The notes under the pieces: model-generated | Databases searched by the model: none | What the model was told of the DNA's origin: nothing | The model's input: the letters and a program-made list of their open reading frames with translations, nothing else | In this document: piece by piece, positions 27,070 through 41,332 of the stretch | How the letters are laid out: every line of letters begins with the position of its first letter | Numbering within the stretch: position 1 is the stretch's first letter | DNA from: Octopus vulgaris | Lineage: Eukaryota | Length of the DNA: 64,000 nt | Assembly (NCBI GenBank): GCA_951406725.2 | Contig: OX597821.1 | Coordinates: 60,822,001 to 60,886,000 of the forward strand | Direction of reading: 5' to 3' | Position numbers and translations under genes: made by a program

Positions 27070-27282
27070 CTTTTCTACACTTGGCACAAGGCCCGACATT
27101 TTTGGGGAGGGGACCAGTCGATTAGATCGACCCCAGTACGCAACTGGTACTTAATTTATCGACTCCGAAATGATGAAAGGCAAAGTCGACCTCTGTGGAA
27201 TTTGAACTCAGAACGTAAAGACAGACGAACCACCCCTAAGCATTTGGCTCGGCGTGCTAACATTTCTACCAGTTCGTCTCTT
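27070..27282 (-). mobile_element. SINE family B monomer
   Basis: Reverse complement of the family B head and core. Confidence 0.85.
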
Positions 27283-29750
27283 TGAATGTATATTAATATT
27301 GATTTATCAAGGTGTTTAAACTCTTTAGAAAACACTGGCTCTAGAATATTCAAAAGCCATGAGTTTCTAATCCTTCATTGTGTTAAAGGATCTGTTTCGG
27401 AATGGTAGCGGATTCTCTGCCAACTCAAAAGATAAGATTTTGTTTGTAAATTAATTTTCTCTGCTACTGAATAATTGAAACCCAGTCCAGCAAATTTGAT
27501 GCTCTGTGCCAAGAAAGCAATATTACCTTGGCAAAGTATGATGAATTAGAAATACATTTCAAGTAATCAAAAACCACTTTATGTCTGCTAAAGTATACAA
27601 GTTAAATGAGCTTATTAGCTGCCTTTAAGTTACAGTATGCTGTCTGTTACAAAACAAGATATTTAAATTAGAGAAAATGGAAGTGGTCTTATCTACTGTT
27701 CGCATCAGTTACTGCGACCTCCTTAATAGAAATAGCAGGACCAAATATGTCTTTGAATGCTTGTACATAAACTTATTTTGATGACAGTATTTAGGCTTAT
27801 ACTGAAATAGAAGTATGTTTTCAGAAAACACATGATTCCCAGTAGAACACGATCATCCAAGAAGTATGATTGTCTGAGATACAGATCAGGTTTTATGTAG
27901 TTCACTCAAATGATTTTATGGCTGTTAGATCCTGTATCAAGGTTATCAAGAAACACTGATTGCATTACGATACAAATTGAAATAAAGAATATGAACAACA
28001 TGTTAGAGAGCTGGCCCAATGCAGTTTATTATTTAACTTAATCTATATGGGCTCCTATCTAAAATCTCACAAGGATCATCTTATGTTTTATGTCTTGATG
28101 ACTGACTCCTTCCTTTTATACTTTTCAAAATCTAAGCTTGCTCTCCAAGCAGACATATAAAACTTGATATGCGTTTCATGCCAGGAATTGGTATTGTATA
28201 ATAATCAATGCAGTTTTACTGAAATACACTGACTAAGATTAGAGAAAAGAAAAATGAAAACGTAGCTGGCTTACATCGAGAGTTTAAAGAAAATTCAAAT
28301 AAATACATTCTTGAATTAGAATTGTAATGATAAACACAAAATATTCCATTCTATACCCAATTTTTGGCACTGAATGAAACACAAATGGAAAGGTCAGCAA
28401 TTGACGATTATTATTTCTGATGTCTTTTAATATGTCAAAGGGAAAATATTTGCGGATATACGCGTGGTATATTTGACTGGTTAGAATGGAGGTTATAATA
28501 TTTACTAAGCAGGACGAATAGTATATCTAGCTGCAACGTTATTCGAACCTCAGACATAAAAAAGATATCATTAAATACTGTAAGGTATTTAATCTAACCC
28601 TTTATGACTTCAGGAAAGGCTCAATTTTGAAAATTATAAATATATAGCCATGTTTTACATCGTTATATTTTGCATCACTTTACGGTGAGTATCTTCGTAT
28701 TTTACGAAATCAATTTTAGAAGATATATCAACATAGAAATTATACACGTTTTAATGTTGCTAACATACTAAACAACCAGCTTAGACAAACTATCAATTTC
28801 ATTAATAAAATACTTCTACTATAAAACTACATAACCATAATATATTTATGAAATAGATTTTGATTATAATGGAAATATTCTTGAACGGTTTCTCACGATT
28901 TTGAGTGTTGATGGCTATTCCTAAAGTCCTTGAAATGAAGCTAATACGAAACAAATTATATTATCCGCATCTATGAAATATCAATAACGTGAAGATTATC
29001 TCCTCAGACTTCGACATTTCTATGGTTTGACAAATACAAGGGGCCCATCGTTACTTATTAGTTACAAGTTAAGAACTGTAAATACAAAATAATGTTACCA
29101 TGAATTTAGGTGTCAGAATCCACTTATTTTACTTCTAATGTAAATACCGCTATGATATAAGTGGGGGAGCAAAAATTATATGCGTCGAATCAGTGAGTAG
29201 GATGCAAAAATACATAAAAGAATTTTATTGGAACACAGATTTTATAGTATTTGTGAGTTGGCGCATTGTGAAGCTTCAACAGAAATCATCATTCTAACCA
29301 GGTTATAAAGAACATTAAAGGTATCTGAGCCATTGTTACCAATCGATTAAAACTAATTCATAATTACAGAAATAGATTAAAAAACAAGAGGAGCAATAAA
29401 ATAATTAAAGCGGAAGGAAAAAAACCCAATTTAGATAGAAGATTACTATTGAGTAACATCTTCATAAAACGAAGCCGATTAACGATGAAATCCTTCATCT
29501 CAATACTGTTAATAAGCTTTGTTATTCCTTGGCAATTATTACCCGTTGATCTATGAACAACAGACTAATGAACTTTTCACAGCGAATCACATTATCAGTG
29601 TTTTATGTACAATCACACAATTCCATACAGACACGCTTACGTACACTCTATGTACACACACGCGCGGCTGCACACACACACACATGCGTCCGGGTGTGGA
29701 CAGACAAATGTATGTGCTTGTGTGTGTGTATTTATATATACACATGCATA

Positions 29751-29828
<78 letters not shown>

Positions 29829-29835
29829 ATATATG

Positions 29836-29869
<34 letters not shown>

Positions 29870-29998
29870 TGCATGTATGTGTGTATTGATACATATGTAC
29901 ACAAATATATTCAAACGTACACACATACACATGTACATAATTGATTTTAGCTAATAATACGCTTTATATTCATAATTCTTTTCTGTTCGCAGGCGGTT

Positions 29999-30086
<88 letters not shown>

Positions 30087-30495
30087 CCTATCTATCTATC
30101 CATCCATATACAGGTTGCAACATAACTGAAAAGGGGATTATTTGCTCAAATCATTTCCACAATTAAGAAGGAGATTCGGCCCTGGAAGCATACGAATTAG
30201 GTTTAATTTCTACATCACTTATCAGTTCTACAATTCGCAATTATTCTTATAGAATGATATGAAATAATTATTCAGCTTCCATAGAGAAAATAAGATTTCC
30301 TTCAGAGCCATAAAATCCTCTGGGAATTTTGAATTCTTTTCTCCTAGAAAATTAATAACATAGTTTATTAGTTGTTTCTTTGGTTCGAACCATGGAGAAA
30401 TGTGGAAATGCTGGTGCATCGATTTCTATAAAGAAAATTGGAATTCCAAAAAGACCTTCTGTGTCGAAAGAGGTTACGAAGCGGGCTTACGTACT

Positions 30496-30548
<53 letters not shown>

Positions 30549-30611
30549 CACACACACACATATATATATATATATGTATATATGTAGACAATATGTGTGT
30601 GTGAATACATA

Positions 30612-30661
<50 letters not shown>

Positions 30662-30963
30662 CTATTTATATTTATATTGGTATTTATTGATATGGAAGTA
30701 GTCTATTTCCCCCCTCTCTGTATATATATATATGGCTGTGAATATGTATGTGTGTGTCTCCATGTGTGTATGAGTGTCTACCGGTTTGTCTGTCTGTCTA
30801 TGCGTGTGTATATGCGTGTATAATGTAGTAACATATTTCTACCTCCTACCTTAGCATTGATTCTTGGAAAGAGAACTTTAAACGAAGATGCACTTCTAGC
30901 TTAAGGGTCCAACTATTGTTATTCCCCCTTTCTCTGACTTTCTCTCACACACACAAATATACA

Positions 30964-31011
<48 letters not shown>

Positions 31012-31013
31012 CA

Positions 31014-31057
<44 letters not shown>

Positions 31058-32214
31058 AATACACACATACACATGCACACACATATGTATATATTTTACA
31101 CGTACTCTCGCACATATATACACGGACAGACATCTGTAGATAGACAAGAATACAAACATATACATATATACACACATATGTATACATAATGAAACCTGTT
31201 AGAATTAGTGGATGTAAGAGCAGAGAGAGAAAATAAAAGAAAGATAACCCTGCTTGTAATGAACGCTACGTACATCATTACTGCAGTTTATTGACCAGAG
31301 AAGTGTAAGACCAATTCTTTTGGAAACAATTCCCACAAGGAATTTGCTTGCTTAGAAATGTAGATTTCATTATAATAAACCTCCTGTAACCCATCATGTG
31401 TAATTTAATATGGCCTTCTGCTTGCTATATGCCCAAGAAACCATTAATTTTTCTGATAGGTATCTTTGTTATCTGGATAGTGATTGGGAAGGCTTACCAC
31501 CTACCAAATATTCTTATAATTATCAGTTCTGGTGAAATTATTTTTGTTTCTAAATCAATTAAAGTATATCAGAAAGTTAGCTTCTTCGTATCATATTATC
31601 AACTAGGATATTAGTTGCACAGCAAATTGTGAACTAAAGAGAAAAGAAAAATCATAAAATCTACAAACTGGAATGTAGTGCGCGGGTTAAACAAGAACTG
31701 ATTATCACCTTGCATAGAAAAGCGTAGATTTTACATCATTTGAGAAAGGCATTTCTCGTTCGGATAAGTATGCGGTTTCTGAACTTGAGACAAACATCAT
31801 TAACAAACATAAGAATGAAACTAATGATGGTCGAATCATCACAGTTTAGCATTTGCGTGAGTAATAAATGGAAAGTTGTAGTTGTTATAGCCCTTTGAAT
31901 GTAATCAAAATTCTGTGAACTTGCTTATTTGGGGATTATCACCTCAGTATGTTACATTTTACTTGAATGTCTTGATAGTTAATTCTTTGGATGTTCTTAG
32001 GGTGATAACTGGATCGGATCGATTTTTGAGCTCAGCATATTTAGTAATTAATTTTGAGTGTTTTATCAAAAACAGAACGAAACTTGCAAATTTATAGACT
32101 CGTTATATAATAGATAGATAGATAGACAGAAGACAGACAGATGGATAGTTAGACAGATAGATAGAAAGACAGACACATACCTTTACCGATAGACAGACAC
32201 ACTGATAGATACAT

Positions 32215-32376
32215 GCACAGGAGTGGCTGTGTGGTAAGTGGCTTGCTTACCAATCACATGGTTCCGGGTTCAGTCCCACTGCGTGGCACCTTGGGCAAGT
32301 GTCTTCTACTATAGCCTCGGGCCGACCAAAGCCTTGTGAGTGGATTTGGTAGACGGAAACTGGAACAAGCCCGTCG

Positions 32377-32424
<48 letters not shown>

Positions 32425-32660
32425 TATACATATGTGTGTATGTATGTGTTCGTGTGTCTGTGTTTGTCCCCCCAACATCGCTTGACAACCGAAGCTGGTG
32501 TGTTTACGTCCCCGTCACTTAGCAGTTCGGCAAGAGAGTTCGATAGAATAAGTACTAGGCTTACAAAGAATAAGTCCTGGGGTCGATTTGCCCGACTAAA
32601 GGCGGTGCTTCAGCATGGCCGCAGTCAAATGAGTGAAACAAATAAAAGAAAAGAAAAGAA
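32215..32660 (+). mobile_element. SINE family A, near full length
   Basis: A-box-like TGGCTGTGTGG, B-box-like GGTTCAGTCCC, internal (TA)n, A-rich tail. Confidence 0.9.
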
Positions 32661-33121
32661 AAAGAGAGAGAGAGAGTGGGAGAGAAAGGCAGACAGATAT
32701 AAAGATATCTAAAACAGCATAAATTCTTTGGACGGGTTAGTCGAGTATATATCAACCCCAGTGCTCAATTGCTATTTATTTTCTCAACCCCGACAAAATG
32801 AAAGGCAAGTCGTCCTCGGTGGCAACAATAATACAAAGAAGATTTCTTTTTTCACGAAGGACTTATCTTGAAACGTTAATGTCTACTTTAAGTAAGGGTT
32901 CACAAATACACAATATTTCTTCCTTTTCATATGGCTCCAGAAATTACAAAGATAAATCAACCAATAGTGATGCCAAACTTAAAAAAAGTACCATGCGCAA
33001 CCTATCTATCTATGTATCTATCTATCTATCCGTCCCCCTCCCTCCCCTCCCACCCCTCTCTTAATACCTATCTACCTGTCTGTCAATATATCTCTCTGTC
33101 TTTCTGCCTGTGTGCGTGTGT

Positions 33122-33217
<96 letters not shown>

Positions 33218-34312
33218 TCGCGATCTTGCAATGGTATTTGTAGACTTTTCTAAAGCGCTCGATTCTGTAGATAGGTACAAGATGTTTGAAATCCTTAAGC
33301 TCTATGGGATACCAGACAAAATCATCTCTGCCATCAAGGTCCTCTACACAGATACGTCTTCAACCATCTTAACCCCTGACGGAGAAACATCATCTTTCTC
33401 AATCAAAGCCGGAATACTGCAGGGAGACACACTCGCCCCATTTCTTTTCATCATTGTCGTTGACTATGTGCTACGTATGTCAGTTGATACCATCTCAGGC
33501 AAGGGCTTTGAAATAAAACCAAGAAGAAGTTCCAGATACCCAGCTGAATACTTGACAGACACTGACTTTGCTGACGACATCGCTCTTATCAGTGATTCTC
33601 TCTCCAATGCCCAGTCTCTTTTATAATCTCTCGAACAAGCCTCAAATTGTGTAGGCCAAGACTGAATATATAAACAAGGGCCTGTCCAACAGTGATTGCA
33701 TCATCCATACTCTCAACAATGCGCCCTTAAATATGGTTTCTGATTATAAATATCTTGGGTCATACATATCATCACCTGGAAAAGATTTTCTAACTAGAAA
33801 GGGTATGGCCTGGTCAGCCTGTAATGACATGCATAATATCTGGTCATCAAATCTAAGTAGAGACTTCAAACTTGAAATATTCAAAGCCACAGTCGAACCA
33901 ATTCTATTATATGGCTCAGAAACCTGGACGTTATCAAAGAAGCTTGAGAGGCGGTTGGATGGAATCTACACTCGCCTCCTTATGAGAGCTCAAAATCTGT
34001 CGTGGAAGAGCCATCCAACCAAAATGCAAATATATGGGAAACTACCACCTGTGTCATCTCTTGTGAAAGGTAGGAGAGTCCAGTTTGCTGGAAATTGTTG
34101 TAGAGCTGAAAAAGAGGTAATTTCTCCTCTTCTCCTCTGGAAGCCATCTACTTGCAATACCAGAGGGCGCACACTCTCCTACCGTGATGTAATCTCCAGG
34201 GATACAGGCATCCAGCAACAGGACCTCCGTAATGCCATGATGGACCGTGAAGTCTGGCGTAGCATGGTAAATTCCATTGTCTCGACCACGGTCGAACAAT
34301 GATGATGATGAT
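33218..34312 (+). mobile_element. 5'-truncated RTE-type LINE, reverse transcriptase pseudogene
   Basis: FVDFSKALDSV, GILQGDTLAPFLF, DFADDIAL, YKYLGSYI, ILLYGSETW. Premature TAA at 33624-33626, broken frame before 33733, (GAT)n tail. Sits in a (TATC)/(TGTC) tract. Confidence 0.93.
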
Positions 34313-34471
34313 CTAGTTATCTGTCTGTCTGTCTGTCCATCCGTCCGTCCGCTTGTATGCCTGTCTGTCTATGTATGAATGTATCTATCTATAAGTCTGT
34401 CCGTCTGTCTTCTGTCTATCTATCTTTCTGTCTGTCTTCTGTCTATCTATCTTTCTGTCTGTCTGTCTGTC

Positions 34472-34554
<83 letters not shown>

Positions 34555-35037
34555 CTATCTGTATCTATATTCACATGAATTTATTATAAGTTTAAGTTTC
34601 ATACTAATTAGATCATTGAGCACTTGAAAGAAAAACCCATTCATTCCAATAGTTTCTACTTGATGAATCTTCTCCCCATAGATATGATTAAAATGTCCTT
34701 CAAATAATGAAAACGTAGTAATATTAATCACCCCCCACACACACACATTAACAACGTACATCTTCGATCTACTCATCGTATTCATTACTCTCACTTGTAC
34801 TCGAGAATGTATTTGCAAATTTTCATAATGTATTTTAGCCTGATGTACGGGTTTTATCTGATACCACAGTACAGTCACATAATATCACCATACATCTTTA
34901 TCTAAAATTATGATAGAGCTCCGACTCAAAAAGTGAGTGTAATAGCTCTCTTGGGAGAGCCGTGCATCAATTTACCGAAGGTCATTCGCATCTAGTCCAT
35001 CGAAGACAATAGTTCAAGAAGATCAATATGAGTATCA

Positions 35038-35091
<54 letters not shown>

Positions 35092-35236
35092 GTGTATGTA
35101 TGTATATATATATATATATGTGTATATATATATATATATGTATATATACGTATATATGTATATGTGTATATATGTATTTATGTACATATATATGTATATA
35201 TGTGCATATATATATATATATACATATATATATGTT

Positions 35237-35305
<69 letters not shown>

Positions 35306-35390
35306 TTATCTATCTATATATATGTATATATATATGTATATATACATACATATATATGTATGTCTGTATATATATATATATATATATGAA
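35038..35390 (+). repeat. (TA)n/(TG)n compound microsatellite
   Basis: Direct inspection. Confidence 0.95.
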
Positions 35391-35893
35391 ACACACATGT
35401 GTATGTGTGTATTTGATATGAATAATGATCTTAAATGTTGCTACATACTACTATTTCATTGTGCTATTGTGTTAGATCTTTTTAAACCAAATTGACTTGT
35501 TACATAATCAAAATAAATCAATATTTAGCATTTGTTTATATTTTCAAAACTAACAGAAACTTAGAGAAAGCGTGGCTCCATTAAAATTCGTAGAAATCAT
35601 GATTTCAATGAAGCAAGCTTTCTAACATTTTCATTACATGTATTTATTGAATTTCCAATCACAATGTAACTTCGTAAAAGTGTTTTAAAAGAAGCTATTT
35701 AGAAGTTTTGCTATCAAGATATTTGAAAGGAAAGAAAAGTAAAAGGTCGTATAATGTTTGTATCTAGATACATATCTATTGGGTTTTGCAACTAGAGATA
35801 TTTATAATGTGTTGTATTATATTTCCTCTACGATTTAAATTCCAATCTTACAATCTCTTAATTCTTTATTTTCAGATCAGTATTCATTACAAC

Positions 35894-35954
35894 ATGAAGT
35901 TCAGTTTTATGATAGTTCTCCTTACCTTACTCTCTTCTTCCTGCTTTGCACAAC
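35894..35954 (+). CDS. Pif/LamG3-like gene, coding exon 1 (signal peptide)
   Basis: Acceptor ttttcAG at 35875. ATG 35894 gives MKFSFMIVLLTLLSSSCFAQ. Donor C|gtaagt, phase 1. Confidence 0.8.
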
Positions 35955-36785
35955 GTAAGTTTTACCAAATATAACTTTCATTTTCTACATCCACCAATAT
36001 CATCCGTTTAAAAAAATATATGTGTGTATATATGTATGTATGTTTTCTCAGTCCGAGATGAAAGGGTGGTGCTCATATCTTTTCTGGTTTTCTTGAGCAA
36101 CAAATATAGGGTAATAGGCCGAAGTAAAGCGGAATTTTCTATTCAAATTCTTATAGGCAAAGTGCATTGTAGTTTAGTGGTAGACTTCATAGTTTAACAC
36201 CACCTCCTAGCTACTAATTACTCTTAGTAGAGTCAACGTTGTTGTAAACATTCTCCTCTTTAAATATTTTCTGATATCTTAATACACTTTCTATTCCTGC
36301 AACAAAAAGCGTGCTTTCCTATTTCCTCTTTTGAAAACATTATGAAAACTATTATTTTAGCTCCTCAGGTTAAACAATTAAAGTAGAGTTGAGTAGTAGA
36401 AATTTATTGAAATGTGTTCTAGTGAGGGGTTCAATGTAATGTAGAACCATTTCAGCAATAGTTTAGTGCAGAATTTGTTACTGAGATGTAATAGAAATTG
36501 GCAACTAGAGAGATAGGTGTGTTGAGTTAAATTAGGTGGAGAATTAATACACTGATGTTTTATTGAGAACGTGAAGACAGATATACTATCAGTCGAAACG
36601 ATAGAGAGAGACTACGACTCAACGTTGGGTTGATAGTTGCAGTGTTTAAGTGACGTTTTGTGAAATAAAATTTATTGTTGGTTTCTAGAGTATTGTCTGA
36701 AATGAGTGAATTCTTTCCCAGATATGTAACTACTGCAAGGTATAACTGGTACGGAAGACAGCAGCGTTTAGTTGTGTTATATCTC

Positions 36786-37990
36786 TTATGAAAATTATTC
36801 GCACTTGTTTCTGTAATGTATTAAAATAAAAGCAGTGGGTTGAACAATTATACCGTTTTTCGACATAGTCTCCTTGCTTTTCGATGCACTTCTTCCAGTG
36901 GTCCACAAGTTTGCTTATTCCATCGGAGGTTTTCTTCGTCTGTAAAGCATGTTTGAGTGTCCCGGAGAGGCGATAGTCTGAAGAGACAAGATATGGACTG
37001 TATACAGCATGTCCCAGCAACACGAAACTCAATTTTAAGAGTGTGTGGATGACCGTGTGAGGGTGTCTATTGTCGTGCAACAATAATACTTGACAGTAGA
37101 CCTCGACATTTGGTGCAAATTGTTGGTTTCAGTTTGTTAACCAGCATTTCACTGTAGTCTACACAGGTGACTGTAGATCTCTTTTTCAGATAATGTTCCA
37201 GTATAGACACTTTAGCGTCCCCCGAGAGGGCTAGCATCGCTTATTCTTGCAGGAAGTTGAGACTTGAATTTCTTTTCTGCTGGAGATTCCGGTGTTTCCA
37301 CTCCACATTCTACCATTTGGATTTTGGCTCAAAGTAACGAACGCAGATCTCATCTCACGTGACTCTTCTCTCCACAAAGGCCTCGGTTTCATCACTGCAG
37401 TTGTCGAGTAATTGTTGACAGATCTCCACATGATTGTGCTTATGCGCTTCGGTAAGCTCTTTTAAGCAACCATATCGCGAAGCAAAGACTGGCGTGAATG
37501 ATTTCGTGTGCAAAACAATGACTAATTTGCAGAGAATATGCCATTTCATCGATGGTTAGTCGTCGGTTCGCCGGAATCATCTATTGGGGTTGTTGAATCT
37601 TCACATCAGCGGTGGAGGTTGTTGGGTATCTCGTCCCCTTTTCGTGCTTCATACATGTCCGACTGTTTTAAAATTGTAGATTCACTCATACACACTTCTA
37701 AGTGGTAGAGCGCTTTCCCCATATTGTATTGAAAGCCTGCGATGAATTTAAACCCCCGATACACCTTCAGACCACAGAAATAGGACCACCGATCTCTATT
37801 CTTCCTTGGTACGCACTGCCAGCGTAGCGGCCATGTTTACTCTGTGTCGCAAGGAAGAAAGCTGGAGCGATCAAGATCAAACCTCCGTTACATAACCACA
37901 ATAGCACCACCTTATCACACAGGAGGGCTGAAAGCAGTGAGGTCAAATTAAAGCAAATTTTGGTGAAAGTGCTGATAACATTTTCCTTTT
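36786..37990 (-). mobile_element. Decayed near-full-length mariner transposon
   Basis: LLHDNRHPH, HAVYSPYLVSSDYRL (cf. HPPYSPDLAPSDY) and GISKLVDHWKKCIEKQGDYVEK; degenerate TIRs gaaaattattcgcact / agtgctgataacattttc. Confidence 0.85.
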
Positions 37991-38049
37991 CCTAATATTT
38001 TGTTGTAGGTATATTCTGTATTCAAACTCTTTCCCAGGCATGACTGCGC

Positions 38050-38405
38050 AGGCACAGACATGACTGAGTGATTAAAAAGCTTGCTTTGCAACCATTCAGC
38101 ATCGGGTTCAGTCACAGTGCAACCCGTTGGGCAAATATATGCTATTGGAGCCCAGTTCCTACAAATGCCTTGTGAATGAATTTGGTAGACGGAAATCTTT
38201 TGAAATCCCGTCCTCTATACATGTATATGTGTTCTTGTGTTTCACCGTTCGTGTCTCCGTAACTTGGAGGTTCGGTGTAAAAGGCCGACAGAATAGTGCC
38301 AGATTAAAGAAAATCTGGTGTCAATCTTGTCGACTAAACCCTTTAAGGCATTGCCCCAACATGGTTGTCGTCCAATGACTGAAACAAGTAAAAGATACAA
38401 GATAA
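38050..38405 (+). mobile_element. SINE family A, diverged
   Basis: Family A motifs in order. Confidence 0.7.
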
Positions 38406-39261
38406 ATCATACAAGATATAGACACAGTAAAATCATAATGTTATATAAACTTTGCCAGTCTGTGATACATTTAGAATGGGCTAACATACCGGACTTAGTA
38501 AGTCGAGATTATGTTTTAAACAGGTGAAAATATACCTGTAGTGAGAAGGAAAGCGTTAATGGCAATTCTTGTTTTTTGCTTGTTTGTTTCTCCTTGAAAT
38601 ATTTGATAATCATTAGTGAATTTACTTATCGATTGATATACAGTTTTAACCGAGAGAGGCCAATCTGTATTGTTCTTTGAGCGGCATGTTGACTGATATA
38701 ACGAGTGTCTTGATGGCTTCATAAATGGTATATATCTTGAATCAAGAAAGCGTTGTTAGTGCACAATTTTTAGAAATTTTGACAACAGTAAACAAAATTT
38801 CTTTTAAAAAGTCGAAAGAAAATTAATCGGCTTCCAACGGAGATTTTATTTTCATTTTCATATTAACTTCTTTAATACTCTATACATCGCAATTGATGTT
38901 TCTATTTGTATCAATAAACCCGTGTCATGGGAATTCATTGATTTCCTTGTATGAAGATAGTTATATAATAGAAAGATTAGTGTGTTTACGTATAAGAATT
39001 ATTTGAGAACAATAGTGTTCCTTCGTGATTTTGAAGACTTCCAACCATTCTGTATGATGTACAACAGTATATCTAATATGCTTTCTACAATACGCAATAT
39101 ATGATTTCGTGGATGGGAAAGGTTCATTTGTTAAAGTTGCAGTCATATGCTGTCTTAAGATCTTTCGATATATTAGCTATGTACTCAGATAATATATCAT
39201 GAAGCAACCACATTATTTTGCATGATAAGGATTTCAATTACATCATTTAAATCTACTAAAG

Positions 39262-39592
39262 GTGGAGGCGCAATGGCCCAGTGGTTAGGGCAGCGGACTC
39301 GCGGTCAGAGGATCGCGGTTTCGATTCCCAGACCGGGCGTTGTCTGTGTTTATTGAGCGAAAACACCTAAAGCTCCACGAGGCTCCGACAGGGGGTGGTA
39401 GCGACCCCTGTTGTACTCTTTCGCCCCCACTTTCTCTCACTCTTTCTTCCTGTTTCTTGAGTAACGCTGCGATTGACTGGCGCCCCTTTCAGCTGGGGAG
39501 GGGAACACATACACCACAGAAACCGGCAAACCGGGTCCAAGAGCCTGGCTAGGCATGAAAAAAGCGCATAAATAAATAAATAAATAAAAATA
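39262..39592 (+). mobile_element. SINE family C, short-tail variant, 8-bp TSD
   Basis: TACTAAAG at 39254-39261 and 39593-39600; (TAAA)n tail. Confidence 0.9.
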
Positions 39593-40418
39593 TACTAAAG
39601 CTTATCTGCGGCTTCCTATTTTTCTATAGTTTGGATTTCAGCTATACTGTCTCTTGGGAGATGGGCAAATTATTTCACGTTCTCTCGAGGTTTATAAACT
39701 TGTTATGATCTCAACAATGTGTATATGTGCGTGCGCGAGAGAGCGCGTGTGTGCGTACGTGTGTATGTGTTTGTGTGTAGCTATGTGGTTCTCTGTGGCT
39801 CTAAACGTTTGGCAACATTTTGATGGCATCTTTTGGGGATGAAACTTTTATTTTGGCAATCAATTCGAATGGAAGACAGAATCTGTAAACAAAGTACCAA
39901 TCTAAAAATATTAAATGTGAACAACCAATTTATGTATTTTTCTGAGTGATTTGATTTACTGGCCAAAATTGCCAAGCGTTCAATTGTTATCAATGATAAT
40001 TAGTAGTGTAGCAGGAAGAATTCGGATCCTCCAAGACACGAATGTCACTAATTATAATTGATGACTCTGGAGAATTAATTGCTAGAAATGAAGCACACAG
40101 TTTGAGTATCCTCATCCCAGTTGTTCCATATTATTAAAACATTTGTTAAAGATAAACTAATTTACGAGGTTCATCAACGTGAGAAGTTTTAGAATATTTC
40201 CAGAGAAACGTAATGAATCTTACATACCAAAAGTTGTTGTGCTGCAATGCTTATTACAAGCAAACAATATGGTGGTTGATAAATGCCACTTATATTCTGT
40301 TCTAATCATTCTTAAGGTGTGATTAACTCTCTTGGTATTATCCTTACTAAATGCCATACTGAAATAATGTTTTCCTATGCACTAATACAGACAAAATGGA
40401 ACTTTGAAAATTACGCTT

Positions 40419-40508
40419 CGGTTCTCGTCCGATCACCGAAGTTAAGCAAAGTCGAGCCTAGTTAGTACTTAGATGGGTAACCGCTTGGAAAACCTAGGTG
40501 CTGTAAAC
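40419..40508 (+). pseudogene. 5'-truncated 5S rRNA pseudogene
   Basis: CGGTTCTCGTCCGATCACCGAAGTTAAGCAA..TTAGTACTTAGATGGGTAACCGCTTGG..GGTGCTGTA matches invertebrate 5S rRNA from about nt 30 to the end, with several substitutions. Confidence 0.9.
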
Positions 40509-40522
40509 GTCTTTCCATCCAT

Positions 40523-40928
40523 AGGCGTAGGAGTGGCTGTGTCATAAGTAGCTTGCTTACGAACCAAATGGTTCCGGGTTCAGTCCCACTGCGTGGCACC
40601 TGGAGCAAGTGTCTTCTACTATAGCCTCAGGCCGACCAAACACTTGTGAGTGGATTTGGTAGACGGAAACTGAAAGAAGCCCGTTGTATATATATATATA
40701 TATATATATACATATATGTATGCGTGTGTGTATGTTGGTGTGTCTGTGTTTTTCCCCCAATATCGCTTGACAACCGATGCCGGTGTGTTTACGTCCCCAT
40801 AACTTAGCGGATCGGCAAAAGAGACCGATAGAAAAAAGGTCTGGGGTCGATTTGCTCGACTAAAGGCGGTGCTCCACCAGCATGGCTACAGTCACATGAC
40901 TGAAACAATTAAAAGAGTAAAAGAGTAA
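40523..40928 (+). mobile_element. SINE family A, full length
   Basis: Head to (AAAAGAGT)n tail. Confidence 0.9.
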
Positions 40929-41332
40929 ACCAATCTTAGTGTTGATATAAGTGTTACGACGGATTTTACTATTATTTTCAACTTGATTTCAAAATTATAT
41001 AAATGCCGTAACAAATAATTTCTTAACTGTCTATGAATTAATGACACTGATTACAGGAATTGGAAACAAAGAAGCTGAAGATAGTTTGGTACGTTTTCTG
41101 AAAGCTAACTCGTAAAATGCGAAACCTGGATCTTCTGAGATACACGGTCGTTAGTTGAATTTCTAGCTCTTACTTCTTTTCAGTCATGGAACTGCGGCCA
41201 TTTCCTTGAGGAATTTTAATCCAATGAATCGACACCAGTCCTTATTATTTAAAGCCTGGTACTTTTTCTATCGGTCTCTTTTGCCGAACCGCTTTACAGA
41301 GTAAAATAAATAGAAAAGTCTACTCTTGCATA

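Noticed and set aside
24700-29500. Possible hidden exons in repeat-poor AT-rich sequence
   Set aside because: I found no phase-consistent exon chain or recognisable peptide on either strand; small exons cannot be excluded by eye.
32931-33626. 231-aa ORF as a host gene
   Set aside because: Read-through of (TATC)n into a truncated RT ending at a premature stop.
39262-39340. tRNA gene
   Set aside because: A tRNA-like SINE head continuing into a SINE body, with TSDs and multiple dispersed copies.
40419-40508. Functional 5S rRNA gene
   Set aside because: About 30 nt are missing at the 5' end, there are several substitutions, and it is not in a tandem array.
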